A DNA stretch of 38,213 nucleotides from Deltaproteobacteria bacterium (GTDB lineage: Bacteria > Myxococcota_A > UBA9042 > DTJE01): positions 1-38,213 of the forward strand of contig JADHTP010000003.1 of the NCBI GenBank assembly GCA_016784945.1, written 5' to 3'. Under the pieces are notes generated by a model. It was given only the letters and a program-made list of their open reading frames with translations. It ran no database searches and was not told the origin of the DNA. Shown here in pieces: positions 28,201-35,194 of the stretch (position 1 is the stretch's first letter; the number at the start of each line of letters is the position of its first letter). A program made the position numbers and the translations under genes.

Positions 28201-28377
28201 GTCGAAGTCCTTTCCGGTGGCCTTGGTTGCGCCGGTCCAGGTCAGGTCCTGCCCCGGGCCCGAATCGGTGGCCAAGGGCACGGATAGCGCGTCGGGGGTG
28301 GGCCCTGCCGTGAGCCCGTTGGTGGCGCAGCTGACCAGGAGTCCCAACAGGGTCGGCAGGACGTGTGTTGACCGCAT
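22213..28377 (-). CDS. Bacterial alpha-2-macroglobulin family lipoprotein with thioester motif
   Basis: Lipobox LLVSC, YTDRSIYRP (MG2), VEEYKRP, RSDFSETAFFEP, PDSVTSW, PRFLREGD, YPYECTEQ thioester and C-terminal PMYAPEF; GGAGG RBS. Confidence 0.95.
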   Translation of the reverse strand: MRSTHVLPTLLGLLVSCATNGLTAGPTPDALSVPLATDSGPGQDLTWTGATKATGKDFDQLISEQKYEKASKVVEGILADAVTTGDDKEWARSLIRWVQLRTALHGYEAAVRFLKDQEWPSQPLAHAALSLFYARSLTTYAQSYSWEINRRERVMSSEEVDLKRWTMHQIHDAAKDAYLSVWSNRAVLGTLPRDTLKEIMTPNGYPEGIRPTLRDAVSYLFVATLSDTQGWTPEQSNETWRLDLEDLLRSKPGERPRIVGNRTAHPLVRVVAVLEDLESWHTASGNRNGAFEARLERLRRLHAAFTEGTDRAVIRAHLEKRIPAMADRPWSAMGRAQLAGFVQQLDEPDALIRARRIALKGHEAWPDSVGGQRCLHMVKSIEAPDYNLESMKSDGPRKRSMGINYKNLKTLYLRAYPVNLKRQVESSDDWNLLPDYRKANRLVHGARPTHEWSVDLAATPDFRHHRAWVTPPMDKPGLYVVAVSADKDFRKADNRIVAVPLVIGDLVLLTRQQSGEVEVTVRSGATGKPVENASVSLYAYNWNKGHRRVATKKTGVDGTAVFKRLKTNQQHFTFARKGPQVAIDESYLYFYRQNPQPERTATLVYTDRSIYRPSQKLLWKAVVYRGRHDEADYRAAPSRKITVSLLDANSQTVESLTAVTNTFGTASGEFNIPAGRMLGRWRVQSSLSGVAWVQVEEYKRPTFEARLLDSEDPLRLNRPAKLKGEVKYYFGLPVTNGTANWRVVREAVYPWWWYWYGWGSTKTAGSQTVATGTSQLDENGNFPVEFTPEADERLGDGASDLTYRYSISVDVTDEGGETRTTSRSFRLGFVAVEASLVMDAGFLVEGRSSELKLIRSDLDGTPAPGRGTWRLTSLRQDRRTLLPAHQPVHTAPGTSQKFKTPGDGLRPRWNPGYRPEAVMREWKDGRTLSRGRLEHGKQGEALVTLPALDPGAYRLHYQTTDPFGAKYEMSREIVVAGTRSRLSLPAILLVEKPSVKVGGTARILVVSGLYDQPMTLDVYRASKRVDRRLLTSGRDATLIEIPVTEDHRGGFGITLTAVRDHQTMSFTQSVFVPWDNKELKVAFSTFRDLLKPGSKEKWTVKVTGPAGRDTAVSAAEVLAYMYDRSLDLFAAHSPASPQSIFPARTGAVQARSSLGQARLIWVQSNGFAPLPSYPHLQEDQLVFFGGYGIGGPGRRRYRGGGGSGRGMFHARSMPAAAAPEVSRQTMSMDMSVAEEAEVSGNLMAGETKADGRFADKTKASGHGDDVDGQMGGPQPPAVQMRSDFSETAFFEPHLVTGPDGSASIEFTVPDSVTSWNIWVHAVTEDLKSGLVKKEARTVKDLMVRPYLPRFLREGDDALLKVVVNNASDAEMAGRLTFDIIDPDTEKSLLGEFGLRAADVTDRPFTVKAGGGTSLTFPVKAPNRVGTVAFRISAMSGDFSDGELRPIPVLPGRFHLAQSRFVTLKDREKRVMTFDDMKRSDDPSLIHDQLVVTVDAQMFYQVLSALPYLVNYPYECTEQTLNRFLSTGIVSSFYDQYPALKRMGKKLSQRETRLETWDAADPNRKMALEEIPWLQQAKGGPEDPGDLLNVLDPRIAKAQRNGALAKLKKAQTSSGAFPWFPGGRPSPWMTLYILHGFSKGLEFQVDVPKQMIRKAWAYMHRHYVNELVKNMMTHDCCWEFIAFLNYVISAYPDDSWTGGVFTAAERQTMLDFSFRHWKDHAPYLKGYLSLTLARMDRKKDALLVWESVMDSAKTKKDQGTFWAPEDRGWLWYNDTIETHAFAIRTLMELDPKNARLDGLVLWIFLNKKLNHWKSTKATAEVVYSLAHYLQATEQLAVREAVDVTVGDRVTHFAFEPDEYTGKKNQIVIPGDEVNGAKHHTVTVEKATRGHLFASATWHFSTEKLPEEARGDFLAVTRTFFKRVKTGKTITLEPLEDGASLQPGDEVEVQVSLRAKHPMEYVHLRDPRGAGFEPVSQISRHRWDLGLYYYEEVRDSGQNFFFEWLPQGEHTFKYRVRAAHAGSFKVSPATAQPMYAPEFNAYSAGHRLKVERDWQD

Positions 28378-28418
28378 GGGGCGACCTCCATGAATGTGAA
28401 AAGACGTCGTGCAGTTCG

Positions 28419-28447
28419 TTAGACGGCCGGACCCGCAAAAAGATTTC
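28419..28447 (-). promoter_or_regulatory. Possible ECF-sigma promoter upstream of alpha-2-macroglobulin
   Basis: The minus strand reads GAAAT-N17-CGTCTAA, resembling the ECF -35/-10 (CGTC) architecture. Confidence 0.3.
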
Positions 28448-28655
28448 TTTGATTGTCGATCGGATGGATGCCTGCCGTCTACAACGAAAACCTGGTGACT
28501 GTCCCCAGGTTGTCCCCGGCGTGTGGGAACTTTCGTCCACTGGTTTCATTGCCCTTTGGAAATGGCGACTGTCCGGGATTCGGCCCTTCCCAATCCTTGC
28601 GAACACAGGGGTGGATTGGTACCTTGTGTCCATCGGGGCCTCGGGGGGATCGGTT

Positions 28656-29669
28656 TTGCAAAGCGTGTTCACTGGTGTCGTGGGAATCGGCCTGGCGCCG
28701 GCCCTGGCCCTCCTGCTGGCCTGCAGCGGCGTGGGCGGGACATCTCCCACAGACGTTACGGGGACGGACCTGGGCTCGGAAGGCATCGCCGACGTGGTGA
28801 CCAACCCTTCCATGGAAACCCAGGCGGACACTCCTTCAGACCTGCCCGTGACGGGCTGCGCAGGTGATACGCCCTGGTGCGCCTCGTCCTGCGGTTCCGA
28901 CGCCCTGGTGGGCGAGGCCGTGTGCAAGGATGACAAGTGGTTCTGCCCCGAAGGGGTCCTCTTCGACGACTGCCCGCCTGGCACCTGCTGGGGTGCGCCC
29001 ACGCCCGGTGAGATCTGCGGCGAAAGCGGCTGGGAGTGCCACCCGGATCAGACCGGGGCCTACCAGTGGTGCCCCGATTTCATGTGTCCGGAATGCACCG
29101 GGTTCGAGGGCCCCGTGACCGTGGACGGCTGCCATTGCTGGTGCGACGGTTCCTACGTCCTGTGCGAAAAGGTCCCACAGTGCCAGGCCGACGGGGAATC
29201 CGACCTGCCGGGCGTGTCCATCCACTTCCTATCCGACACCTGCACCTGGACCCTGGACGAGGCCGCCGCGGGAATCGAGATCCCCTGGATGGTAGCGGTG
29301 GCCGATGACTACCAGGGCGTAATCCCCCTGCCCCAGGACGCGGGCTGGTGCGCACAGAAGGGACCCAGCGGGCTCATCGTCTTCGAAAAGCTGACCGGCA
29401 ACGACCAGACCTATTGTATCTGCGACACGGGTCTGTGCATGGGGCCGGGCGACGACCAGGTCACCCTGAAGAAGGGGGAGCACCCTGGTTCCTTTGCCTG
29501 GGACGGGGTCAACTGGGGAGGTCCTTCGGACACGGGCATGCCCAAGGGCGATCCCTTTCCGGCGGGCAGCTACACCCTGACCGTGAGTGCCGTGGGCAAC
29601 ATCGGAAGTCGCGACGGCGCGTCTTTCAAGGTCCAGGCGACCTTCACGGTCCACCTGATCGACGAGTGA
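28656..29669 (+). CDS. Cys-rich hypothetical lipoprotein with C-terminal Ig-like beta domain
   Basis: Likely TTG start at 28656 after GGGGGA. Lipobox LLLAC, a Cys-rich middle and WDG...FPAGSYTLTV Ig-like ending. Confidence 0.65.
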   Translation: MQSVFTGVVGIGLAPALALLLACSGVGGTSPTDVTGTDLGSEGIADVVTNPSMETQADTPSDLPVTGCAGDTPWCASSCGSDALVGEAVCKDDKWFCPEGVLFDDCPPGTCWGAPTPGEICGESGWECHPDQTGAYQWCPDFMCPECTGFEGPVTVDGCHCWCDGSYVLCEKVPQCQADGESDLPGVSIHFLSDTCTWTLDEAAAGIEIPWMVAVADDYQGVIPLPQDAGWCAQKGPSGLIVFEKLTGNDQTYCICDTGLCMGPGDDQVTLKKGEHPGSFAWDGVNWGGPSDTGMPKGDPFPAGSYTLTVSAVGNIGSRDGASFKVQATFTVHLIDE

Positions 29670-29682
29670 CAATCGTTTGAGC

Positions 29683-31836
29683 ATGGCGAACACGCCCACA
29701 GAATGGAAGGCAGGTGCAGCCCATGTCCGGTCATGGCTGTCCACCGGCCTGCTGATCGCCCTGGTCGCCGCGCCGCTGGTGACCGTGGTGGACCTCCTGG
29801 TGACCGTGAGCCACCAGGCCGTGGGCGCCTGGGCGCCGGGCGCCTTCCCCACAGCCCTGGGACTGACCATCTTCTTCGGCGGCGTTCTGGCGCTGGTTGT
29901 CAGCGTCCCAGCGGGCTTCCTGTGGCGGGCCGCGGGCCGTGCGAACCCCCTTGATACCCGTCGCCTGGTGGTCACCATCGCCACGACGCTGCCCCTCCTT
30001 GCCCTGTCGGCCGCCGTGCTGTACGGCGCCTTCGCGTCCATCACCGAGCCCTACCTGCGTTCCCTGCTCTTCGTCACCGCCCTGGTGCTTTCGGGCGGGC
30101 TCTGCGTGTTCGCGGGCTGGGGCGTGTCCACCTTTGCGTCGGCCTTTTTGGACCGATGGGGATCCCGCGGCACCGTCTGGGTCGCGGCGTTCCTGGTCCT
30201 GGCCTGCGCCGTGGTCGTCCTGGTTCTCTGGGTCAACTTCCGGCGTTCCATGCCGGCGGGCGTCTGGCTCACCGGAACGGCTTTCTTTGCCATCGTTTCC
30301 CTGGGGTTGCTGGTTGCGGGCGGGCTGGTTCCCCGGCTTAGGCGCCTGGCCTCGAGCCTGTTGTCCAGTGCCCGGTTCAGGGTCTTCCTGTGGGCCGTGC
30401 CTCTGGCGTCCCTGCTGATGTCCCAGATCGTGGTGTCCGTGGACGGTGGTTCCGCCCGCTACCTGGCCGCCAGGGGTGGTCTGTCGGGGCACCTGGTGGT
30501 GACGGGCCGCCTCCTCCTGGACGTGGATGGTGACGGGGTGGCCTGGGTCTTGGGCGGGGGGGACTGCGACGATTTCGACGGGACACGGCATCCCCTGGCC
30601 ATGGAAGTGCCCGCCAACGGCGTGGACGAGGACTGCGACGGCCGCGATCGGCCCTGGCGGGACGTGGCGGTGAAGATCGCCCCCTTCGTTTCGGAAAAGG
30701 GGAAAAAGGAAGAACTCAACGTCATCGTCCTCTGCGTGGATGCCTTGCGTTTCGATCACACGGGCTTTGGCGGATACGGGCGCAATACCACGCCGAGGCT
30801 GGACGAACTGGCGGCCAGGAGTTGGGTTTTCGAAGAGGCCGTGGCCCCCTCTTCCACCACCCGCGAGACCATCCCGGCCCTGCTGTCCGGGAAGTACCCG
30901 TCGGGCATCCAGTGGGTCAAGGGGTCGAAGATCAACCAGGTGGCCGCCGACGAGAAGCTCCTGCCAGCCCTGCTCAAGGCCCGGGGTTACCAGACCATCG
31001 GGCTGGTGGACGAATGGTTGCGTCGTTTCCTGCCCAGCTTCCGGCGGGGCTTCGACCAGTACGAGGTCCCCTACGGCGACCTGAAATGGCACCTGTTCGG
31101 GCAACAGGCCGCGCCCTACACGACCTTCAGGGCCATCCAGTTGCTGTCCAGGCTTCGATCACCCAGACCCTTTTTCCTGTACCTGCAGTACGAGGCGCCC
31201 CATCACCCCTACGTCCGCCACGAGGGCATTCCGTCCTTCGGGGACCGCCCAATTGACCTGTACGACCACGAGATCGCCTATGCCGACCACTTCGTCGGGA
31301 TCCTCATGGACTTCCTGGAATTCGCCAACATGATGGACCGCACCATCGTGGTGGTCTATGGGGACCACGGCGAGGAATTCGGGGAACACGGGGGTGAACG
31401 GCATTCCCGGACCGTTCACCGCGAAAGCGTGCACGTGGCCCTCCTGGTCCACGTCCCCGGCAAGGGGCACGCCCGGATCAGCGAGCGGGTCTCGCTGGTG
31501 GACGTGTTTCCCACCCTCCTGGACCTCCTGGGCTTCCAGGATGACGGCGGGCAGACCCAGGGCCTCAGCCTCCTGTACGCGGTGTCACCGGACCTGGAAA
31601 CACCCGTCAGGCCCATCTATTCGGAGCTGATGGTCAATCACGAAGGGCCCGTCAAGTTCAGGAAGGCGATTTATTTGGGCGACCACAAACTGATGTGGGA
31701 CATGGCCTCGGACGAGGTCCAGCTCTACGACGTGCGGAAAGACCCCGGCGAAACCAGTCCCCTGGATCTCCCGGCCGTCCGGCGCGGACTCTTCCAGCGA
31801 CTCAAGACATTCGTTTCACTGGGAAATCACAAGTAG
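29683..31836 (+). CDS. Membrane-anchored sulfatase-like / alkaline-phosphatase-superfamily hydrolase or transferase with a putative metal-binding repeat
   Basis: Several N-terminal TMs, then DVDGDG...GDCDD...NGVDEDCDG, NVIVLCVDALRFDH, TPRLD, PHHPY, YDHEIAYAD, GDHGEEF, LVDVFPT and LYD...DPGE. Confidence 0.88.
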   Translation: MANTPTEWKAGAAHVRSWLSTGLLIALVAAPLVTVVDLLVTVSHQAVGAWAPGAFPTALGLTIFFGGVLALVVSVPAGFLWRAAGRANPLDTRRLVVTIATTLPLLALSAAVLYGAFASITEPYLRSLLFVTALVLSGGLCVFAGWGVSTFASAFLDRWGSRGTVWVAAFLVLACAVVVLVLWVNFRRSMPAGVWLTGTAFFAIVSLGLLVAGGLVPRLRRLASSLLSSARFRVFLWAVPLASLLMSQIVVSVDGGSARYLAARGGLSGHLVVTGRLLLDVDGDGVAWVLGGGDCDDFDGTRHPLAMEVPANGVDEDCDGRDRPWRDVAVKIAPFVSEKGKKEELNVIVLCVDALRFDHTGFGGYGRNTTPRLDELAARSWVFEEAVAPSSTTRETIPALLSGKYPSGIQWVKGSKINQVAADEKLLPALLKARGYQTIGLVDEWLRRFLPSFRRGFDQYEVPYGDLKWHLFGQQAAPYTTFRAIQLLSRLRSPRPFFLYLQYEAPHHPYVRHEGIPSFGDRPIDLYDHEIAYADHFVGILMDFLEFANMMDRTIVVVYGDHGEEFGEHGGERHSRTVHRESVHVALLVHVPGKGHARISERVSLVDVFPTLLDLLGFQDDGGQTQGLSLLYAVSPDLETPVRPIYSELMVNHEGPVKFRKAIYLGDHKLMWDMASDEVQLYDVRKDPGETSPLDLPAVRRGLFQRLKTFVSLGNHK

Positions 31837-31839
31837 GTT

Positions 31840-31868
31840 GCCGATAGCCGATAGCTTGTCGCCTATCG
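31840..31868. repeat. Short inverted heptamer array between convergent genes
   Basis: GCCGATA GCCGATA GCTTGTC GCCTATC G; it contains the thiD stop codon. Confidence 0.6.
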
Positions 31869-32612
31869 TAACGGGTTCCGACGGATTTCTTCGACGACCA
31901 CGTTCACGCCCTGCCGCACCGCATCTTCCAGTCCCTGGCCCAGGGCGAGGTGGGCGGCCACCGTGGACGACAGGAGACACCCCGATCCGTGGATTCCCCC
32001 GTGTTGCCTGGGGTGCTCCATCCGGAGCGTCTTTTCGCCCCGGCGGACCAGCACGTCCACCACCGGGTCCGTGTCCATGTGTCCTCCCTTCAGCAGGACG
32101 GCGCCGACACCGGACTCCAGGAGATCCCTTGCGGCGGCGATCATGTCGCCCGGGCCCCTGATGGTCGCCCCGGTCAGGACCTCGGCTTCCGGCACGTTGG
32201 GCGTGACAAGGGTTGCCAGGGGAAGCAGCACGTCGCGCAGGGCATCAAGGGCGCTGTCGTCGATCAGTTCCGCGCCCGTGGAGGCCCGCAGCACCGGGTC
32301 CAGCACCACCGCTGCCGACCCACCCTGGCCCTCCAGAAAGGTCGCCATGGCCTCGCAGTTGTCCCGGGAGCCCAGCATACCGATCTTCACTGCAGCCGGT
32401 GGCGCCGACCCCGCGGCGACCCGGACCTGGGCGTTCACCGATGCCGCGTCCACGGTATGGAACCCGGAGAACCGGTATTCGTCCTGGGCGGTGATCGCAG
32501 TCACCACGGCTCGCGCCCGGGCTCCCAGGGACTCCACGGCACGGACATCCCGCAGGATGCCGGCCCCGCCGCTGGGGTCGAAACCGGCCACGACCAGGAC
32601 CACGGGCTTCAT
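31863..32612 (-). CDS. thiD: Hydroxymethylpyrimidine/phosphomethylpyrimidine kinase
   Basis: ATG 32612 (ATGA overlap). AGFDPSGGAGI, TAITAQ, KIGML, LDPVL, TPNVPEA, LKGGH and HGSGC motifs. Confidence 0.9.
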   Translation of the reverse strand: MKPVVLVVAGFDPSGGAGILRDVRAVESLGARARAVVTAITAQDEYRFSGFHTVDAASVNAQVRVAAGSAPPAAVKIGMLGSRDNCEAMATFLEGQGGSAAVVLDPVLRASTGAELIDDSALDALRDVLLPLATLVTPNVPEAEVLTGATIRGPGDMIAAARDLLESGVGAVLLKGGHMDTDPVVDVLVRRGEKTLRMEHPRQHGGIHGSGCLLSSTVAAHLALGQGLEDAVRQGVNVVVEEIRRNPLR

Positions 32613-33076
32613 TTTCGTCGAATCCTCGCCACCACCAGTTGGGCGATCAGGGTGACGCCCGCCGTCACGTACAGCGCGATGGGGACGTACAGGATGGGGA
32701 GTTCGGTTCGCCGGGTCACGGGGCCCGCCATCACCGCCTGCCCGGGAACCTTGTCCAGCAGGACCCATACCCAGAACACCAGGAGGGCCAGGTTGAACGC
32801 CACCAGGCTTCCCGCGGCCACGTTGCGCCCGGCGTACTGGGCCAGGAACCGCAGGGCGATGAACAGCCACAGAAGCACACCCATGAGGGGGTACATCACG
32901 GGGTGCGGGAAGGCCTCGGTGAACACGATCCAGGTCAGGGCGGACGTGGCGGCCAGGTGGATGGTCAGTACGATGGCGGTGAGCCCGTGGATGAGGGTCG
33001 GCAGAACGGTCCTGATCTTGTCCGCATCGGCACGGACCATGGTGCCTACGTTGTGCCGGTCGGCCTTCACTGGCAT
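32609..33076 (-). CDS. Hypothetical 4-TM membrane protein
   Basis: Four hydrophobic segments; overlaps both neighbours in the same-strand run. Confidence 0.6.
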   Translation of the reverse strand: MPVKADRHNVGTMVRADADKIRTVLPTLIHGLTAIVLTIHLAATSALTWIVFTEAFPHPVMYPLMGVLLWLFIALRFLAQYAGRNVAAGSLVAFNLALLVFWVWVLLDKVPGQAVMAGPVTRRTELPILYVPIALYVTAGVTLIAQLVVARIRRK

Positions 33077-34455
33077 TTGCCCACCACCTGAATGTCGTCC
33101 AGGTACACGCCTTCATAAGTGTTGGCGAATCCGTTGACCGTGTCGAACACGAAGGCGACGGCCACGGTGTCTCCCGTATAGAACGCGAGGGACACGTTCA
33201 CCGGAACAAAGGCCCCCGCCGTGTTGGCGAACTGGGGGTACTGGGCCGACGACCACACCGTTGATTCCTGCCCGTCGAGGATCACCACCACGGACAGGAC
33301 GTCCGATGAGGCCACCAGTTCCGTTTCCTTCCACAGCTGGAACCGGAGTTCGGGCTCCAGGGTCTTGGTCAGGTCCAGTTCCGCGAAAACCGCCTTGCCG
33401 CCTACGGGCGTCTGGACGTCCACGTCGTAGGTGTGGGCCGCGGGGTCGCCGAAGTACAGGCTGGACGGTGGGCTGGCCGCGCGATGGGAGTCCACCACCC
33501 AGCCGGGCCCGGCACCGTAAAGCGCAGAAACGGTGAAGCCGCCCAGGCTGCCGTCGTCGAAATCCACGGTCAGCACCGAAGTGGTGCAGCACTCGGGCGA
33601 GGAAACGAGGGTGATCACGCACTCCCCCTTGTCACTGCCCACGGGGATCACGCAGGTGCCCACCTTGCAGGGATCGGTCACCTGGCAGTCCGGGTCGCCG
33701 GTGCAGCACGCCCCCACGGCCGCGTGTTCACAGTACAGGCTCACGCACACGTCCGACGTGCAGGCGTTCCCGTCGTCACATTCCTGGTCATCGGCGCAGC
33801 ACCCCGGGACCTCGGTGTACTCGCAGGCCCCCTTGTCGTTGCAGGTGCCGTCCTTTGTGCAGGGGTCGTCGTCCACGCAGTCTTCGTCGATCTGGCAGCA
33901 ACCGGTGTTGACCCACATACACTTCCCGTCCTGGCAGAAATCGTCGGTGCAGGGATTGGAGTCGTGGCAGTCCAGGTCCTTGCCGCAGCAGTCGCCGCCC
34001 ACCAGGACCGTGTAGGTGCACTTGTTGTTGAAGCAGTCGTCCAGGGTGCAGTCATTGCCGTCGTCGCACTGGGACGCCTTGGTGCAGCATGCCGGGTCCG
34101 GGACATCGTACTGGCATGCGTAGGAGTAGCATGTGTCCGTGGTGCAGGGGTTCTTGTCGTCACAGTCGGCGGGTTCGAGGCAGCACAGTGGTTTGTGCTC
34201 GTACACGCAATTGCCGCCTACGCAGACATCGTCGGTGCACAGGTTGTTGTCGTCGCAGTTCCGCAGGGTGAACTCGCATTTTCCGCCGACGCATGACGGA
34301 ATGGTGCAGGGATCGCCGTCGTCGCACTGTGACATGGACAGGCACTCGGGCGGTGGCCCGGGATCCGGCGTGGTGTTGATTTCGTCGCCACCTCCGCACC
34401 CGACCCAGATCAGGACCAGGGACAGGACGGCACACTTCCCTGTCGATGCGATCAT
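33067..34455 (-). CDS. Cys-rich repeat lipoprotein (8 x C-D-D-x-N/D-x-C-T-x-D-x-C repeats) with C-terminal MAM-like beta-sandwich
   Basis: ATG 34455 follows AGGTGG. Lipobox IWVGC, eight Dictyostelium-CTDC-like repeats, then DFDDG...W...SLYFG...EGVYLDDIQV. Confidence 0.8.
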   Translation of the reverse strand: MIASTGKCAVLSLVLIWVGCGGGDEINTTPDPGPPPECLSMSQCDDGDPCTIPSCVGGKCEFTLRNCDDNNLCTDDVCVGGNCVYEHKPLCCLEPADCDDKNPCTTDTCYSYACQYDVPDPACCTKASQCDDGNDCTLDDCFNNKCTYTVLVGGDCCGKDLDCHDSNPCTDDFCQDGKCMWVNTGCCQIDEDCVDDDPCTKDGTCNDKGACEYTEVPGCCADDQECDDGNACTSDVCVSLYCEHAAVGACCTGDPDCQVTDPCKVGTCVIPVGSDKGECVITLVSSPECCTTSVLTVDFDDGSLGGFTVSALYGAGPGWVVDSHRAASPPSSLYFGDPAAHTYDVDVQTPVGGKAVFAELDLTKTLEPELRFQLWKETELVASSDVLSVVVILDGQESTVWSSAQYPQFANTAGAFVPVNVSLAFYTGDTVAVAFVFDTVNGFANTYEGVYLDDIQVVGKCQ

Positions 34456-34630
34456 GCTTTTCCACCTGATGGACCAGTTCGAATGATAGCAGTTCATTTC
34501 TCGATGAGCGACCAAACGATCGACGATCATCGTGGCCAGCGCCTTCCGCCCTTCTGGTGACACCATCGGGCAATTGGGAATATCATTGTCCGGTTCGGGC
34601 GAACTGGGCCCGAGTACAGCAGGTATGCCA

Positions 34631-35179
34631 ATGGATTTGTCCTTACGGCTCGCGATTCCCAAGGGACGGCTCGAAGGCGCCGTCCTCGAATTGCTGGATG
34701 ACATCGGCCTCGACCCGGGCCGGAACGCCCGTTCCTATCGCCCCTCGGTGACGGCGCCCGATATTGCCGTCAAGATGTTCAAGCCCCAGAACATCCCGGA
34801 TCTGGTGGGCCTGGGATCGGCCGATGCGGGATTCACCGGTGGGGACTGGGTGGCCGAATCGGGCGCAGACGTGACCGGCGGCCGGGTGGTCAAGGGGACG
34901 CAGTTCGTGGGCCTGCGCGACGCGGGCAATCCCGTGGACCTGGCGGCCCGCTATTACCGGGAGGGCGCCGACGAGATCTTCTTCCTGGACATCACCGCCA
35001 GCGTGGATGGTCGGGATATCACCCTGGACGTGCTGCGGTCCGGGGCCGAGAAGGTGTCCGTGAATACGGCGGCCGTCAAGGACCCGTCCCTGGCGGCCTC
35101 CATTTTCCATTTCGGCGAGTACACCGTGGGGGACGTGAAAGAGTACCTGATCAGTGGCGGTGTGCCGGTGAGACTGTAA
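34631..35179 (+). pseudogene. hisG/hisF: In-frame mosaic of hisG N-terminus (to ~34873) and three separated pieces of hisF
   Basis: HisG part: [10 protein letters not shown]...[23 protein letters not shown]. HisF parts: [19 protein letters not shown]...GADE..FLDITAS | [17 protein letters not shown] | [18 protein letters not shown]...GVPVR. Confidence 0.85.
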
Positions 35180-35194
35180 GGCAGGAGAGTATTC

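Noticed and set aside
28365-28655. N-terminal extensions in the ORF track (also 2990-3160, 32613-33116, 34456-34704, 21813-21902)
   Set aside because: Downstream starts with RBS and signal peptides or family N-termini fit better, and the extensions overlap other genes or promoters.
31863-31900. ThiD C-terminus seems to lack the usual GxGxGP segment (possible further deletion)
   Set aside because: ThiD tails vary and all catalytic motifs are present; this cannot be decided without an alignment.
34456-34630. His attenuator or leader peptide upstream of hisG
   Set aside because: There is no His-codon-rich leader ORF or T-box, only short generic hairpins.
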